This document shows positions 43,211-52,391 of a DNA stretch of 64,000 nucleotides, in pieces. Position 1 is the first letter of the stretch; each line of letters begins with the position of its first letter. The notes beneath the pieces were generated by a model, which searched no databases, was not told the origin of the DNA, and was given only the letters and a program-made list of their open reading frames with translations. Origin of the DNA: Acidobacteriota bacterium (GTDB lineage: Bacteria > Acidobacteriota > UBA890 > WLXD01); NCBI GenBank assembly GCA_965205505.1, contig CBDBHB010000009.1, forward strand, positions 2,688,001 to 2,752,000, in the 5' to 3' direction. The translations under genes and the position numbers were made by a program.

Positions 43211-43674
43211 TCGCCATCTCCGATGCTCGCTGGCTGGCGGTTGGTGAGGTCACTGCTGGCTGTTCGGCAACGCTTTCCAACCTGAGCGAGCTTGGCCGCG
43301 TGGGCTCGGGCCCCGTCGAGGTAGAGTGCCTGCGTGCCGCCGGCGGTGTCGTCGACGTGAATCTCCTCGAGGTTGTCCGCTAGCAGGTAGGCAGATCGCT
43401 CGGCATCGGCGGCAATGTCGTTGAGTCGCTTTGCCGTCCGTCCGAGTTGGCGGTGCTGGGTTTCCAGCAAACCCAGCGTCGCCGACCAGTGGCTCCTGAA
43501 GTAGAGCACTGCGGTGGCCCAGAAGATCAGCACTCCGAGTCCCAGGCGCGCCCAGGGAAGCGGCAGGACCCTCTCCAGGAGGTCGACCAGTAGCTGATCG
43601 ATTGCCAGGATCGGCACCGCCAAGGCAAGCACGGCCCCCACCATCAGCCAGCCGTAGCCCTGCAACTTGCTCAT
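43207..43674 (-). CDS. Hypothetical membrane protein
   Basis: Two TM segments plus coiled coil; ATGA-coupled to the NUDIX gene. Confidence 0.65.
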   Translation of the reverse strand: MSKLQGYGWLMVGAVLALAVPILAIDQLLVDLLERVLPLPWARLGLGVLIFWATAVLYFRSHWSATLGLLETQHRQLGRTAKRLNDIAADAERSAYLLADNLEEIHVDDTAGGTQALYLDGARAHAAKLAQVGKRCRTASSDLTNRQPASIGDGE

Positions 43675-43748
43675 CGATTTCTTCCCGGAGGGCGGATGCT
43701 ACCACGGCGTGATTGACCAACCTCTTGACGCCGGGCTAGCCTGTAGAC

Positions 43749-44762
43749 GTGCTTGAACATACTCCCATCGAGTCTCCTATTAGCGACAGCTACGGACGCC
43801 CCGTCGGTGACCTTCGCCTGTCGGTAACCGACCGCTGCAACCTCCGGTGCGCCTACTGCATTCCAGAGGAGACACCTCAGTTCCAGCCGCGCGACGAGCT
43901 GCTGACGTTCGAGGAGATGGAGCGGCTGGTACGGCTGTTCTGTCGGTTGGGTGTGGCCAAGGTTCGACTTACGGGCGGCGAGCCGCTGTTGCGCCGCGAG
44001 CTGTACCGCCTCGTGGCGGCCCTCGACGGTCTTGATGGTGTCCGGGACCTCGCCCTGACAACCAATGGCATCTTCTTGCGAGAGCAACTCGACGGCCTGC
44101 TTGCTGCCGGGCTGCAGCGAGTGAACATCAGCCTCGACACCCTGCGCCGCGAGCGCTTCCGGCTGCTCACGCGCCGCGGCGGACTGTCGAAAGTACTCGA
44201 TGCCATCAACGCTGCCCGCGAAGCGGAGTTGTGGCCGGTAAAGGTCAATGTGGTTCCCATGCGCGGCTTCAACGATGATGAGTTCGTCGCCTTCGGAGCC
44301 CTGGCACGCGATTTGGGCGTGATCGTGCGGTTCATCGAGTTCATGCCGTTGGAGGCTGGCGACGTCTGGAGTAGGGAACTGATGGTTCCGGGTCGAGAGG
44401 TCCGCGCGGCGTTCGAGCGTCAGTGGGGCGGCCTCGTGCCGGTCGATCCCAACCACCCTTCGGAAACCGCCGAGCGCTTCCGTTTTGGTGACGGCGTTGG
44501 GGAGATCGGTATCATCTCGCCGGTCACGCGACCGTTTTGCGGCGCCTGCAATCGCGCCCGTTTGACGGCTGACGGGAAGCTACGTACCTGCTTGTTCTCG
44601 CTTACCGAGGTCGACCTGAAGGAGCCCATGCGTGCCGGTGTGCCGGATGATGTGCTGCTCGAGCTCATCATCGGGGCATGGCAGCGTAAGGAAAAGGGTC
44701 ACCTGATTAACAGCCCCGACTTCGTGCGGCCGGCACGGACGATGTCGGCGATCGGCGGCTGA
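43749..44762 (+). CDS. moaA: GTP 3',8-cyclase
   Basis: LRLSVTDRCNLRCAYC, LTGGEPLLR, FCGACNRARLTADG, MSAIGG. Confidence 0.96.
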   Translation: MLEHTPIESPISDSYGRPVGDLRLSVTDRCNLRCAYCIPEETPQFQPRDELLTFEEMERLVRLFCRLGVAKVRLTGGEPLLRRELYRLVAALDGLDGVRDLALTTNGIFLREQLDGLLAAGLQRVNISLDTLRRERFRLLTRRGGLSKVLDAINAAREAELWPVKVNVVPMRGFNDDEFVAFGALARDLGVIVRFIEFMPLEAGDVWSRELMVPGREVRAAFERQWGGLVPVDPNHPSETAERFRFGDGVGEIGIISPVTRPFCGACNRARLTADGKLRTCLFSLTEVDLKEPMRAGVPDDVLLELIIGAWQRKEKGHLINSPDFVRPARTMSAIGG

Positions 44763-44774
44763 GGCAGCGGCATC

Positions 44775-45020
44775 TTGCGGGTGGAGGTACTGCTGTTCGC
44801 GCGCGCTCGTGAAATCTGCGGTGGCGACCACGTGCAGCTGCAGCTGTCCGATGGCGCCACTGTAGGTGATTGTTTCGCTGAGTTGGCCGCCGACGCACCA
44901 GCGTTCGAGTCGATGCACGAGCGCCTACTGGTGGCGGTGAACGAGTGCTACGCCGGGTGGGATACGCGACTGAGCGATGGAGACGTGGTGGCGATGATTC
45001 CGCCGGTCAGCGGCGGGTGA
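44775..45020 (+). CDS. moaD: Molybdopterin synthase sulfur carrier
   Basis: LLFARARE, AVNE, PPVSGG C-terminus. Confidence 0.93.
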   Translation: MRVEVLLFARAREICGGDHVQLQLSDGATVGDCFAELAADAPAFESMHERLLVAVNECYAGWDTRLSDGDVVAMIPPVSGG

Positions 45021-45028
45021 GCTGACCG

Positions 45029-45499
45029 GTGGACGACGAGCCGCAGGCGACCGGGGCCACGGGCGTGGTCGACGTGCGGGTCGGCACCGAGACCATCTCT
45101 GCTGCGGCCTTGGCACAACAGGTGGGCTCGCACAGCGCTGGAGCCATCGCGACGTTCGAGGGCGTGGTGCGAGACCACCACGAGGGCAAGGCGGTCAGTT
45201 TCCTCGAGTACGAAGCCTATGTGCCGATGTCGGAGGCGGTGCTTCTGAGCATCGCCGAGCGCGCTTGCAGTCGCTGGGAGATCGAGGCGGTGGCGGTGCA
45301 TCATCGTGTCGGGCGGCTGGAGATCGGGGAGGTCTCGGTAGCGATTGCGGTGTCGGCAGCACACCGCGCCGCCGCCTTCGAGGCATCGCGCTACGTCATC
45401 GATACGCTCAAGAAAGAGGCGCCGATTTGGAAGCGTGAGACCGGTCCCGACGGGGCGTTTTGGGTTGAGGGGCCGGAGCTCATCGAGGCGTCCGACTGA
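45029..45499 (+). CDS. moaE: Molybdopterin synthase catalytic subunit
   Basis: GAIATFEGVVR, LEYEAY, HRVGRL, SAAHR, APIWKRE. Confidence 0.94.
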   Translation: MDDEPQATGATGVVDVRVGTETISAAALAQQVGSHSAGAIATFEGVVRDHHEGKAVSFLEYEAYVPMSEAVLLSIAERACSRWEIEAVAVHHRVGRLEIGEVSVAIAVSAAHRAAAFEASRYVIDTLKKEAPIWKRETGPDGAFWVEGPELIEASD

Positions 45500-45535
45500 G
45501 CAAGCGCCGATCGAGCCCCGTGCTAAGATTTTGCG

Positions 45536-46300
45536 ATGTCAGCAGATCACGTCGCTCGTAAAGATCTCAAGAAGTCGGACGAGTTCCAGCGTGGAGCTAC
45601 GGCCGCAATCTCTTGGTTCATGCAGCGGCGGAAGAGCATCGGACTGGTTCTTCTTTTCGTCGTCGCTGGACTGTCGGTTCTGGCTGGCGTGCGCTCGTAT
45701 CGAATGCGGCAGGAGCAGAATGCCGCGGCGATGCTCGCGGTAGCGCTGCAGGCGTTCAATGCCCAGATCGCCGGTGCCCCGACGACCATACCCGCCAGCT
45801 CTCCGGCCGGGCCAGCGTACGAGTCGGAAGAGGCGAAGCTCGAGGCTGCGATCCCGCCCCTGCAGGCGGTAATCGATGCCTATGGCACGTACCCTTCGGG
45901 TCGTGCCGCGTCGTTCTACCTGGGAACCAGTCTGGCGCGTCTCGGTCGCCTGGAGGCGGCCGAAGCGAGTCTACGGGACGGGGCTCAGGCGGCCGCTCCG
46001 CTGCCGCGTGCCACGTCGCTCCTTCGGCTCGGCGGGCTGTTCGCGCAGCAGGAGCGCTACGCTGAAGCTATCGAAGTGTTCGATCAGACGATCAGCGATC
46101 CGCCGCATGGGTTCCCCGTCGAGGAGGCGCTTGTCGCCAAGGCACGCGCGCATGAGGCGGCCGGACAGACTCAGGAGGCGATGCTCGCGTATCAGCAGAT
46201 CGTCGACAATCACCCAGGCTCGGTATACGCGCAGTCCGCCAAGACGCGTGCCGACGAGCTAGCCGCTACGCTCGGCCTCGACCCGGACGCAGAGCCCTAG
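45536..46300 (+). CDS. Membrane-anchored TPR protein (YfgM-like)
   Basis: RKDLKKSDEF, one TM, TPR repeats. Confidence 0.75.
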   Translation: MSADHVARKDLKKSDEFQRGATAAISWFMQRRKSIGLVLLFVVAGLSVLAGVRSYRMRQEQNAAAMLAVALQAFNAQIAGAPTTIPASSPAGPAYESEEAKLEAAIPPLQAVIDAYGTYPSGRAASFYLGTSLARLGRLEAAEASLRDGAQAAAPLPRATSLLRLGGLFAQQERYAEAIEVFDQTISDPPHGFPVEEALVAKARAHEAAGQTQEAMLAYQQIVDNHPGSVYAQSAKTRADELAATLGLDPDAEP

Positions 46301-46357
46301 CAGGCCGTGGTGCATCAGACCCCGACTCGCCGCAACCAAGCCCGCCAGCCTTCCTAG
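46297..46357. repeat. Internally deleted family-A MITE remnant
   Basis: CTAGCAGGCCGTGGTG + CCCCGACTCGCCGCAACCA, ending in CTAG; starts on the TPR gene stop. Confidence 0.65.
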
Positions 46358-46369
46358 TGCAGCATCTTA

Positions 46370-47557
46370 TTGGTTGCTAGCCAGCGGATTTTCGAGCCAT
46401 TCGTGGTCGTTGTCTGCGATAGCGTCGGCTGCGGCCTGGCGCCCGATGCTGCCGAGTTCGGTGACGAGGGTGCGAACACCCTCGCCCACGTCATCGAGTC
46501 GGCGACGCCGTCGTTGCCGAACCTCGCTGCTCTCGGCCTCGATCGGATTCCCGGAGTCCCTCCGTTGACCACGCCAGGTGGCGCCCCACAGGCGGCTCAC
46601 GGTCGGTTGATCGAACATGGCCCCGCCAAGGACACCATGATGGGGCACTGGGAGCTCATGGGGGTAGTGGCAGAGCAGGAAGGTCCGCTCTACCCCGAGG
46701 GCTTCCCGGAGGAGGTTATCGAGGCCTTCCGCACTGCGACTGGCTACGAGGTGTTGGGCAACTACGCAGCCTCGGGCACGGCCGTGATCGACGAGCTCGG
46801 GGCCGAGCACATGCGCTCTGGCTGGCCGATTCTCTATACCTCGGGCGACAGCGTGTTTCAGCTCGCCGCGCATGAGCGTGTGCTTGCCGTCAGCGTGCTC
46901 TACGAGCTCTGCGTGAAGGCTCGTCGGTTGCTACGCGGCGAGCACGGGGTTGGTCGGGTAATTGCCCGTCCGTTCGCCGGGGCCGGCCCCGGAAACTTTG
47001 TCCGCCTGTCGTCGCAACGCGTCGACTACCCGCTACCCCCGCCTCGGCCGACCGCGTTGGAGCATCTCCTCGCGGCTGGTGTGCGCACACGCGGCATCGG
47101 CAAGATCAACGACATCTTCGGCGGCCGCGGTATCAGGGCCTACGAGAAGATCGCTGACAACGCCCACGGGATCGAGCTGATCCGCCGTTCTCTGATCGAC
47201 CAGAATGAGCCGTTCGTGATGGCCAACCTCGTCGACTTCGACTCCTTGTACGGCCATCGCAACGACGCCATCGGATACGCAGCCGCGTTGGAGGAATTGG
47301 ATCAGGCCGTGCCGATCTGGCTGGAAGCGCTGCCCGATGCGGGCATGCTCGTGCTGACCGCCGACCACGGTAACGACCCGACCTGGCCGGGTACCGACCA
47401 CACGCGAGAGTGCGTGCCGTTGCTGGCCGTCGGGCATCACGTTCCGCCGGTATCACTCGGGGTGCGCGCGTTCGCCGATCTCGGGGCGACGATTCTCGCC
47501 AACTTCGGAGTCGACGCGCCTACCGACGGCGAGTCGTTTCTCGACGCGCTGAACTGA
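46370..47557 (+). CDS. deoB: Phosphopentomutase
   Basis: DSVGCG..PDA..FGD.GANT, KDT..GHWE, YTSGDSVFQLAAHE, GRVIARPF, NLVDFD..YGHR, TADHGNDP, TDHTRE. Confidence 0.94.
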   Translation: MVASQRIFEPFVVVVCDSVGCGLAPDAAEFGDEGANTLAHVIESATPSLPNLAALGLDRIPGVPPLTTPGGAPQAAHGRLIEHGPAKDTMMGHWELMGVVAEQEGPLYPEGFPEEVIEAFRTATGYEVLGNYAASGTAVIDELGAEHMRSGWPILYTSGDSVFQLAAHERVLAVSVLYELCVKARRLLRGEHGVGRVIARPFAGAGPGNFVRLSSQRVDYPLPPPRPTALEHLLAAGVRTRGIGKINDIFGGRGIRAYEKIADNAHGIELIRRSLIDQNEPFVMANLVDFDSLYGHRNDAIGYAAALEELDQAVPIWLEALPDAGMLVLTADHGNDPTWPGTDHTRECVPLLAVGHHVPPVSLGVRAFADLGATILANFGVDAPTDGESFLDALN

Positions 47558-47576
47558 TCGGGGGACCCCCGATCAG
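47554..47576. terminator. Perfect GC-rich hairpin between convergent deoB and ccmD
   Basis: CTGATCGGGGG-A-CCCCCGATCAG; no U-tract. Confidence 0.45.
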
Positions 47577-47580
47577 CCTG

Positions 47581-47724
47581 CTACGCGTCCGGGTTCATGC
47601 GGTCCTCGACACTACCTAGCCGTTGCTGCAGGTCTTTGGTGCGCCTCGCCAGGTACCAGAGGTACCCGAAGGTGATTGCCCATGCGGCGGCGAATCCCGC
47701 AAACAAGAACCCCAGGTCGCTCAT
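47581..47724 (-). CDS. ccmD: CcmD-family heme exporter protein
   Basis: Manual translation MSDLGFLFAGFAAAWAITFGYLWYLARRTKDLQQRL...; AGAAGGA RBS; follows ccmC. Confidence 0.8.
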   Translation of the reverse strand: MSDLGFLFAGFAAAWAITFGYLWYLARRTKDLQQRLGSVEDRMNPDA

Positions 47725-47764
47725 CGCTGTCGTCCTTCTCTGTACTGCATGCTGCCCAACGTGC

Positions 47765-48490
47765 CTAACCTTCGGAACGAAGAAGTTCCCCGGCCACCTC
47801 GAGACGCCGTTCCATGCGTTCCAAACGCAGGCGCAGCCGCAGCAAGACGGCGAACAGCATGAGTGCTGCCACGGTACCCAGCGCCAACGTGAGGAACATC
47901 GACGTTTCCATGCCCCCGCCCATGGAGCCCTGTGTCATGACCTTGGGCTCCGGGTGGAGCGTGCGCCACCACTGCACCGAATAGTGGATGATGGGGAGGT
48001 CGGCGAAGCCGATGATGCCCACCACGGCACAGTAGCGGGCTACTTGCTCGCCGCCCCCACCGTAGGCGCGCAACATCAGGTACGCGCAGAAGATCAGCCA
48101 AAGCAGCAACGTCGTGGTAAGGCGTGCGTCCCAAACCCAGTAAGTCCCCCACGCCTTCTTGGCCCAGATGGGGCCGGTTATCAGCACGGTTGTGGCGAAC
48201 ACGGTACCGACCTCGGCTGACGCCGCCGCCAGCTCGTCCCAGCGGCTATCGCGTCGCGTCAGGTACATGACGCTGGCGAGGAACACGAGGCTGTAGGCGA
48301 CATACATCGTCATGGCCGCGGGCACGTGCATATACAGGATGCGCTGCACGATGCCCTCGATGCGCTCGGTCGGCGCATACAGGAAAGCAGCCCAGAGAGC
48401 CACGAGCGCGGCAAGAAAACCGATCGGTACGAGCGTGTTGAGGGAGTCAGTGCCACCGCTCGAGGGGGTGTCGGATTGGTCGGCACTCAC
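47765..48490 (-). CDS. ccmC: Heme exporter CcmC
   Basis: RILYMHVP, TGPIWAKKAWGTYWVWDARLT, WWRTLHP. Confidence 0.94.
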   Translation of the reverse strand: MSADQSDTPSSGGTDSLNTLVPIGFLAALVALWAAFLYAPTERIEGIVQRILYMHVPAAMTMYVAYSLVFLASVMYLTRRDSRWDELAAASAEVGTVFATTVLITGPIWAKKAWGTYWVWDARLTTTLLLWLIFCAYLMLRAYGGGGEQVARYCAVVGIIGFADLPIIHYSVQWWRTLHPEPKVMTQGSMGGGMETSMFLTLALGTVAALMLFAVLLRLRLRLERMERRLEVAGELLRSEG

Positions 48491-48494
48491 GTGC

Positions 48495-49172
48495 TCACTC
48501 CTCGAGTAGGGCCGGGAAGGTCAGGTATCCAAGTGCCAGAAACAGCGCGTCGAAGGCAATCAGCAATCTCAGCCAGTGTAGCTCCTCTGCGAGACCTCGG
48601 CCGGCCAGGATGGAGCCGGTTGTCTCGACGCAGGCGATCAGCAGCGGCACGGCGAAGGGTATCAAAAGCAGGGGCAGCATCACCTCGCGCGTTCGTGTTC
48701 GAACCGACATGGTTGCGAGCGTTGTTCCCAAGGCCACCAGACCCATTGTGCCGAGTGCCACGACAAGCGCGAGCGCCCCGACCAGACCGTAGACGGGCAC
48801 GTTGAAGAAGACCACGAACAGCGCAAGGGTCACGATCTCGGTGGCCGAGAGCAGCAGGAACAGGCTCAAGCACTTGGCGATATATAGGCTCGTGCGCTGC
48901 ATGGGGCAGAGCATCAACCCCTCGAGCCTGGCGTCCTCTCGTTCGTCGAGCATCAAGCGGTTCATTGCCAGGATCGACCCGAAGAGGAACGCTATCCAGA
49001 GAATTCCGGCGCCAACCACGCTGAGATCGCGGGTACCGGGATCGAACGCGAAGTTGAAGACCAGCAGCACCAGCAGAGAAAAGAAGACGGTCGAGATCAG
49101 GGCCTCTTTGGTGCGCAGTTCGCCGCGCAGGTCCTTAACGACGATCAGCGCGATGTGGCGTGCTGCGTTCAT
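48495..49172 (-). CDS. ccmB: Heme exporter CcmB
   Basis: KDLRGELRTKE, GILWIAFLF, EREDARLEGL, REVMLPLLLIP. Confidence 0.92.
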   Translation of the reverse strand: MNAARHIALIVVKDLRGELRTKEALISTVFFSLLVLLVFNFAFDPGTRDLSVVGAGILWIAFLFGSILAMNRLMLDEREDARLEGLMLCPMQRTSLYIAKCLSLFLLLSATEIVTLALFVVFFNVPVYGLVGALALVVALGTMGLVALGTTLATMSVRTRTREVMLPLLLIPFAVPLLIACVETTGSILAGRGLAEELHWLRLLIAFDALFLALGYLTFPALLEE

Positions 49173-49879
49173 CGGCCACCCTCTGCGACCAGACCATAGT
49201 AGGTGGCTTCGAACTCGTCGGCGGCGCCCGCCGGCTGGATATGAGCTAGCTTGCCTCGCCGAAGCACCGCCACGCGGTCGGCCAGCTCGATGCCGCGGCG
49301 AAGGTCGTGGCTGGTCATGATGACGGTGCCGCCGGCGGCGTGGGCGGCGCGCAAGAGGTCTACCAAGCGCTCGGCGGCCATGGGGTCGAGCCCGGAGAAC
49401 GGCTCGTCGAAGAGCAGCACCTCGGGCTCGTGCACCAACGCGCGTGCGATGGAGCATCGCTGTACAAGCCCACGCGAGAAGGTCCGCACCTGATCATCGA
49501 GACGATTGCTGAGCTGCATCATGTTGGCAACGGCGCGTACGCGTGCTTCAGGATGCTCGACACCGAACATTCGGGCGTAGAAAAGAAGATTCTCGCGCGC
49601 CGTGAGCTGTCCGTAGAGGAACGATTGGTGCGACACGACGCCGATCCGTGCACGGATCCTGGCGTCGGCGCGCAACAGCCCGGTTCCGAGGATCTCGACG
49701 GTACCGGTGGTGGGACGGGCCAGCGTCGATAAGCAACGAATCAGGGTTGTCTTGCCGGCACCGTTGGGTCCGAAGATGGTAAGGAACTCGCCCCGCGGCA
49801 CCTCGAGCTCGACGCCGGCCAAGCCCACGTGCCGCCCGAATCGCTTCCCGAGCCCACGGGCAACGATGGTGGCTTGCAC
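49169..49879 (-). CDS. ccmA: Heme ABC exporter ATPase CcmA
   Basis: GPNGAGKTT, LYGQLTARENL, FSRG, DEPFSGLD; operon context. Confidence 0.9.
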   Translation of the reverse strand: MQATIVARGLGKRFGRHVGLAGVELEVPRGEFLTIFGPNGAGKTTLIRCLSTLARPTTGTVEILGTGLLRADARIRARIGVVSHQSFLYGQLTARENLLFYARMFGVEHPEARVRAVANMMQLSNRLDDQVRTFSRGLVQRCSIARALVHEPEVLLFDEPFSGLDPMAAERLVDLLRAAHAAGGTVIMTSHDLRRGIELADRVAVLRRGKLAHIQPAGAADEFEATYYGLVAEGGR

Positions 49880-50157
49880 TAGTGCTCCTGATCATAAGTA
49901 CGGTGACGTTTGCAGGAGCGAGATGCGGGCGAGATCAAGGAAGGGTGAGGAAGGCGATGTCTTAGCCATCCTCGACGAGCCCTGACGCCGAGATCGCCCG
50001 CATCTCGCTCCTGCCCTCCGGGTGGCCGCGGGGCCGGCCACCTTGGGCGTCGCGGCGCCTCGACGATACACCCAGCATCGCCCTCGTCGCCGCTCCTACA
50101 ATTCGCCCCGGTCGCGCGCGCCACAAACGTCACCGTACTTATGATCAGGAGCACTAG
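49879..50157. repeat. Family-C 279-bp MITE-like element
   Basis: Perfect 34-bp IR CTAGTGCTCCTGATCATAAGTACGGTGACGTTTG; 21-bp internal stem; central CCCTCCGGG. Confidence 0.92.
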
Positions 50158-50165
50158 TAGTGTCA

Positions 50166-51341
50166 CTAGCTAGTCGCGCGCGTTGCTCGCGCCAATTTGG
50201 TTTGCTGCTCCAGTAGCTGTAGACGCTCCAGCTCCAGGCCGCGCTCTCGAAAGTATTGGTGGTCGGCGATCTCGCCGCGCTCATGCCCTAGGTCGAGGCG
50301 CGCTATCCGGTCGATCAGACGGGCGTGGAGTTGGCGAGCATGTTGCACCGACCCTCCACCGTGTAACGACGCCAACACGGCCGTCACCATGGCGATAGCA
50401 AGGCCGATTAGCGCCCAGTGCGTTGACAGCAGCCGGACACCACGAGCGCTGAGCTCGAACGACAACTCGGTCCCAGGCGCGAGCGCCTGTGCCGTCCACA
50501 GCTCGTACAGCTGGCCGCCGATATCCTGCGGCTCGTCTTGCTGCAGCGTCGAGGTCGTGAGCTCGAGGCCCGTCGTCGCGTCACCGCCCAGCATCACACT
50601 GGCCGTGCTCACCGGGTAGGGCAGGTCGAGCCTGAACGGCAAGCGGCTGTCATCGGCGGTCAACGTGTAGGTCACCGCCACCTGGCGTCCGGCGGGAGGT
50701 ACCGGTCGCGCATCCAATACTCGACCGGGCTCGATCTGGGTGTCGGCTCGCGACAGGGCATCTTCCGGCGTTGGAAACGGTGCAGGGCTGACTTCAGACG
50801 CTTGATCGGGGAGTGGAATAACCAATCCGGCCGGTCGTCCATCGTCGAGCTGCGGGCCACCGGCGTAGGCTGCTTGGCCGGCGTTGCTGACGGTCATGAA
50901 CTGCAGGACGCGGTAGATGTTGGGGTCATCGGCCTGGACAATCACGTGCAGCGTGTCGATGTGGAGCGGGTTTCCGACAGCGGTGACCGGGAATACCGGT
51001 AGGTCGATCTGGAGAACCGTCCCGATGCTCACAGTGGCCGTCGCTGATCGATAGGTGGCACCGTCGTACTCGGCGCTGACGGTGGCGTGCATGCCTGGTG
51101 CGGCCGGTACCGAATCCCACCGGACGGTGCCAGTGTCGTCTGCATCGGCCCGCGCCGAAAACACGACCGCGGTGCCGTCGTGTACTTCAAGCCGCATGAG
51201 CGGCGATGCCGGCGAGCCGTCCGGGAGCGTCGCGCGAGCCTCTACCGAGGTGGTCTCGTCCTGGGTCGGTGCCGCCGTGACCATGCCACCGGCGATCAGG
51301 GCGACGATCGCGCTGCAGGCCGCACCTCCCTTCCAGCGCAT
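50166..51341 (-). CDS. Exported beta-rich protein with C-terminal TM in the ccm operon
   Basis: Signal peptide, AEYDGATY, C-terminal TM plus RIARLD..HERGEI...Y..ER. Confidence 0.7.
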   Translation of the reverse strand: MRWKGGAACSAIVALIAGGMVTAAPTQDETTSVEARATLPDGSPASPLMRLEVHDGTAVVFSARADADDTGTVRWDSVPAAPGMHATVSAEYDGATYRSATATVSIGTVLQIDLPVFPVTAVGNPLHIDTLHVIVQADDPNIYRVLQFMTVSNAGQAAYAGGPQLDDGRPAGLVIPLPDQASEVSPAPFPTPEDALSRADTQIEPGRVLDARPVPPAGRQVAVTYTLTADDSRLPFRLDLPYPVSTASVMLGGDATTGLELTTSTLQQDEPQDIGGQLYELWTAQALAPGTELSFELSARGVRLLSTHWALIGLAIAMVTAVLASLHGGGSVQHARQLHARLIDRIARLDLGHERGEIADHQYFRERGLELERLQLLEQQTKLARATRATS

Positions 51342-51343
51342 CG

Positions 51344-51859
51344 TCAGGTGGCTTTGAGCCCGGCGCCGCAGGCGGCACAGAAGCGATCTCCGGGGTCGGT
51401 GACGTGGCCGCAGGAAGTGCAAAACCTGGCCGTCGCCCCGGGCGCGTCGCCAGCGGCCGCCATGCCCGCAGCGGTGGCACGATCGGTCGTTGCCTCCGAT
51501 GCGTTTTGCTCCTCCTGCAATACGCGGTGCCGAGCCGAGGAGATGCTCTTCTCGAGCGACTTCGTGGCTTGCGGCGCCTGGTTGCGCAATGCTTCGATCT
51601 GCGCCACTACCTCGATCGCCTGGCTCTTCAGCAACTCGACCTCGAGCCGGTAGTCCTCTTCGCCGACCTTGTCGGTGCGGAAGTCGAAGCTCGCCTCGCG
51701 AATCGCTCCGTAGAGAACCAGCTTGCGCTCCTCGAGGGCGGCGAGCTTTGACCACGGTCCGGCGCCTTCATCGAGGGCCAGCAACGGTGGCCGCACTAAC
51801 GGATACAGCAGCCCGAGGGCTGCCAGCACCGCCACCGCCACGGGAATGACGATGTCCAT
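51344..51859 (-). CDS. CcmI-N-like membrane protein with C-terminal zinc ribbon
   Basis: TM; LEERK..LY.AIRE..FDFRTDKVGEEDY; FCTSCG...FCAACG. Confidence 0.72.
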   Translation of the reverse strand: MDIVIPVAVAVLAALGLLYPLVRPPLLALDEGAGPWSKLAALEERKLVLYGAIREASFDFRTDKVGEEDYRLEVELLKSQAIEVVAQIEALRNQAPQATKSLEKSISSARHRVLQEEQNASEATTDRATAAGMAAAGDAPGATARFCTSCGHVTDPGDRFCAACGAGLKAT

Positions 51860-52377
51860 CAGTCTTCGAGCGAGCTCAGCTCGCGCTCGACGATCTCGCG
51901 TAGCCTGGCGTCGTCGTCACTGCTTGGCGGTGCCACCTCGTCGCCGCTGTCGTCGGGACTGCGTCGAGTCCAGCGCGACAGCACCGACCCGACACCGACG
52001 GCGCCCACCGTCAACAACAGGATGGGTGCTGCCCAGGCGGCCAAACCGAGCCCGGAGCCCTCGGGCTTGATGCGCACCGACGCATCGTAGCGGGCCACTA
52101 AGGTGGCCATGACCTGCTCATCGGATTGGCCGGAGTCGACCAGCTCGTGGAGCTCGGCAAGCATGCCGTCGGCGTAGCCGCATCCGCAGGTAGCGATGGG
52201 TCTCAGCGGGCAGGTCCCACACTGGCATCCGATCTCACCGGCCAGGCGAGTGAACGAGTCGACGCTGTAGTCCGGCTGAGCCATCCACCACGCTGCACCC
52301 AACCCCAATGCGACCGCCACGATGGCAGTCAGCACGAATAGCTTTCCAGTGCCGTCTTCGTGGCGCCTTGTACCCAT
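51859..52377 (-). CDS. ccmH: Cytochrome c biogenesis protein CcmH
   Basis: CQCGTC..IATCGC..ADGM, G.SDEQV...LVARY, AWAAP. Confidence 0.8.
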   Translation of the reverse strand: MGTRRHEDGTGKLFVLTAIVAVALGLGAAWWMAQPDYSVDSFTRLAGEIGCQCGTCPLRPIATCGCGYADGMLAELHELVDSGQSDEQVMATLVARYDASVRIKPEGSGLGLAAWAAPILLLTVGAVGVGSVLSRWTRRSPDDSGDEVAPPSSDDDARLREIVERELSSLED

Positions 52378-52391
52378 GATGTAGCTCGTCG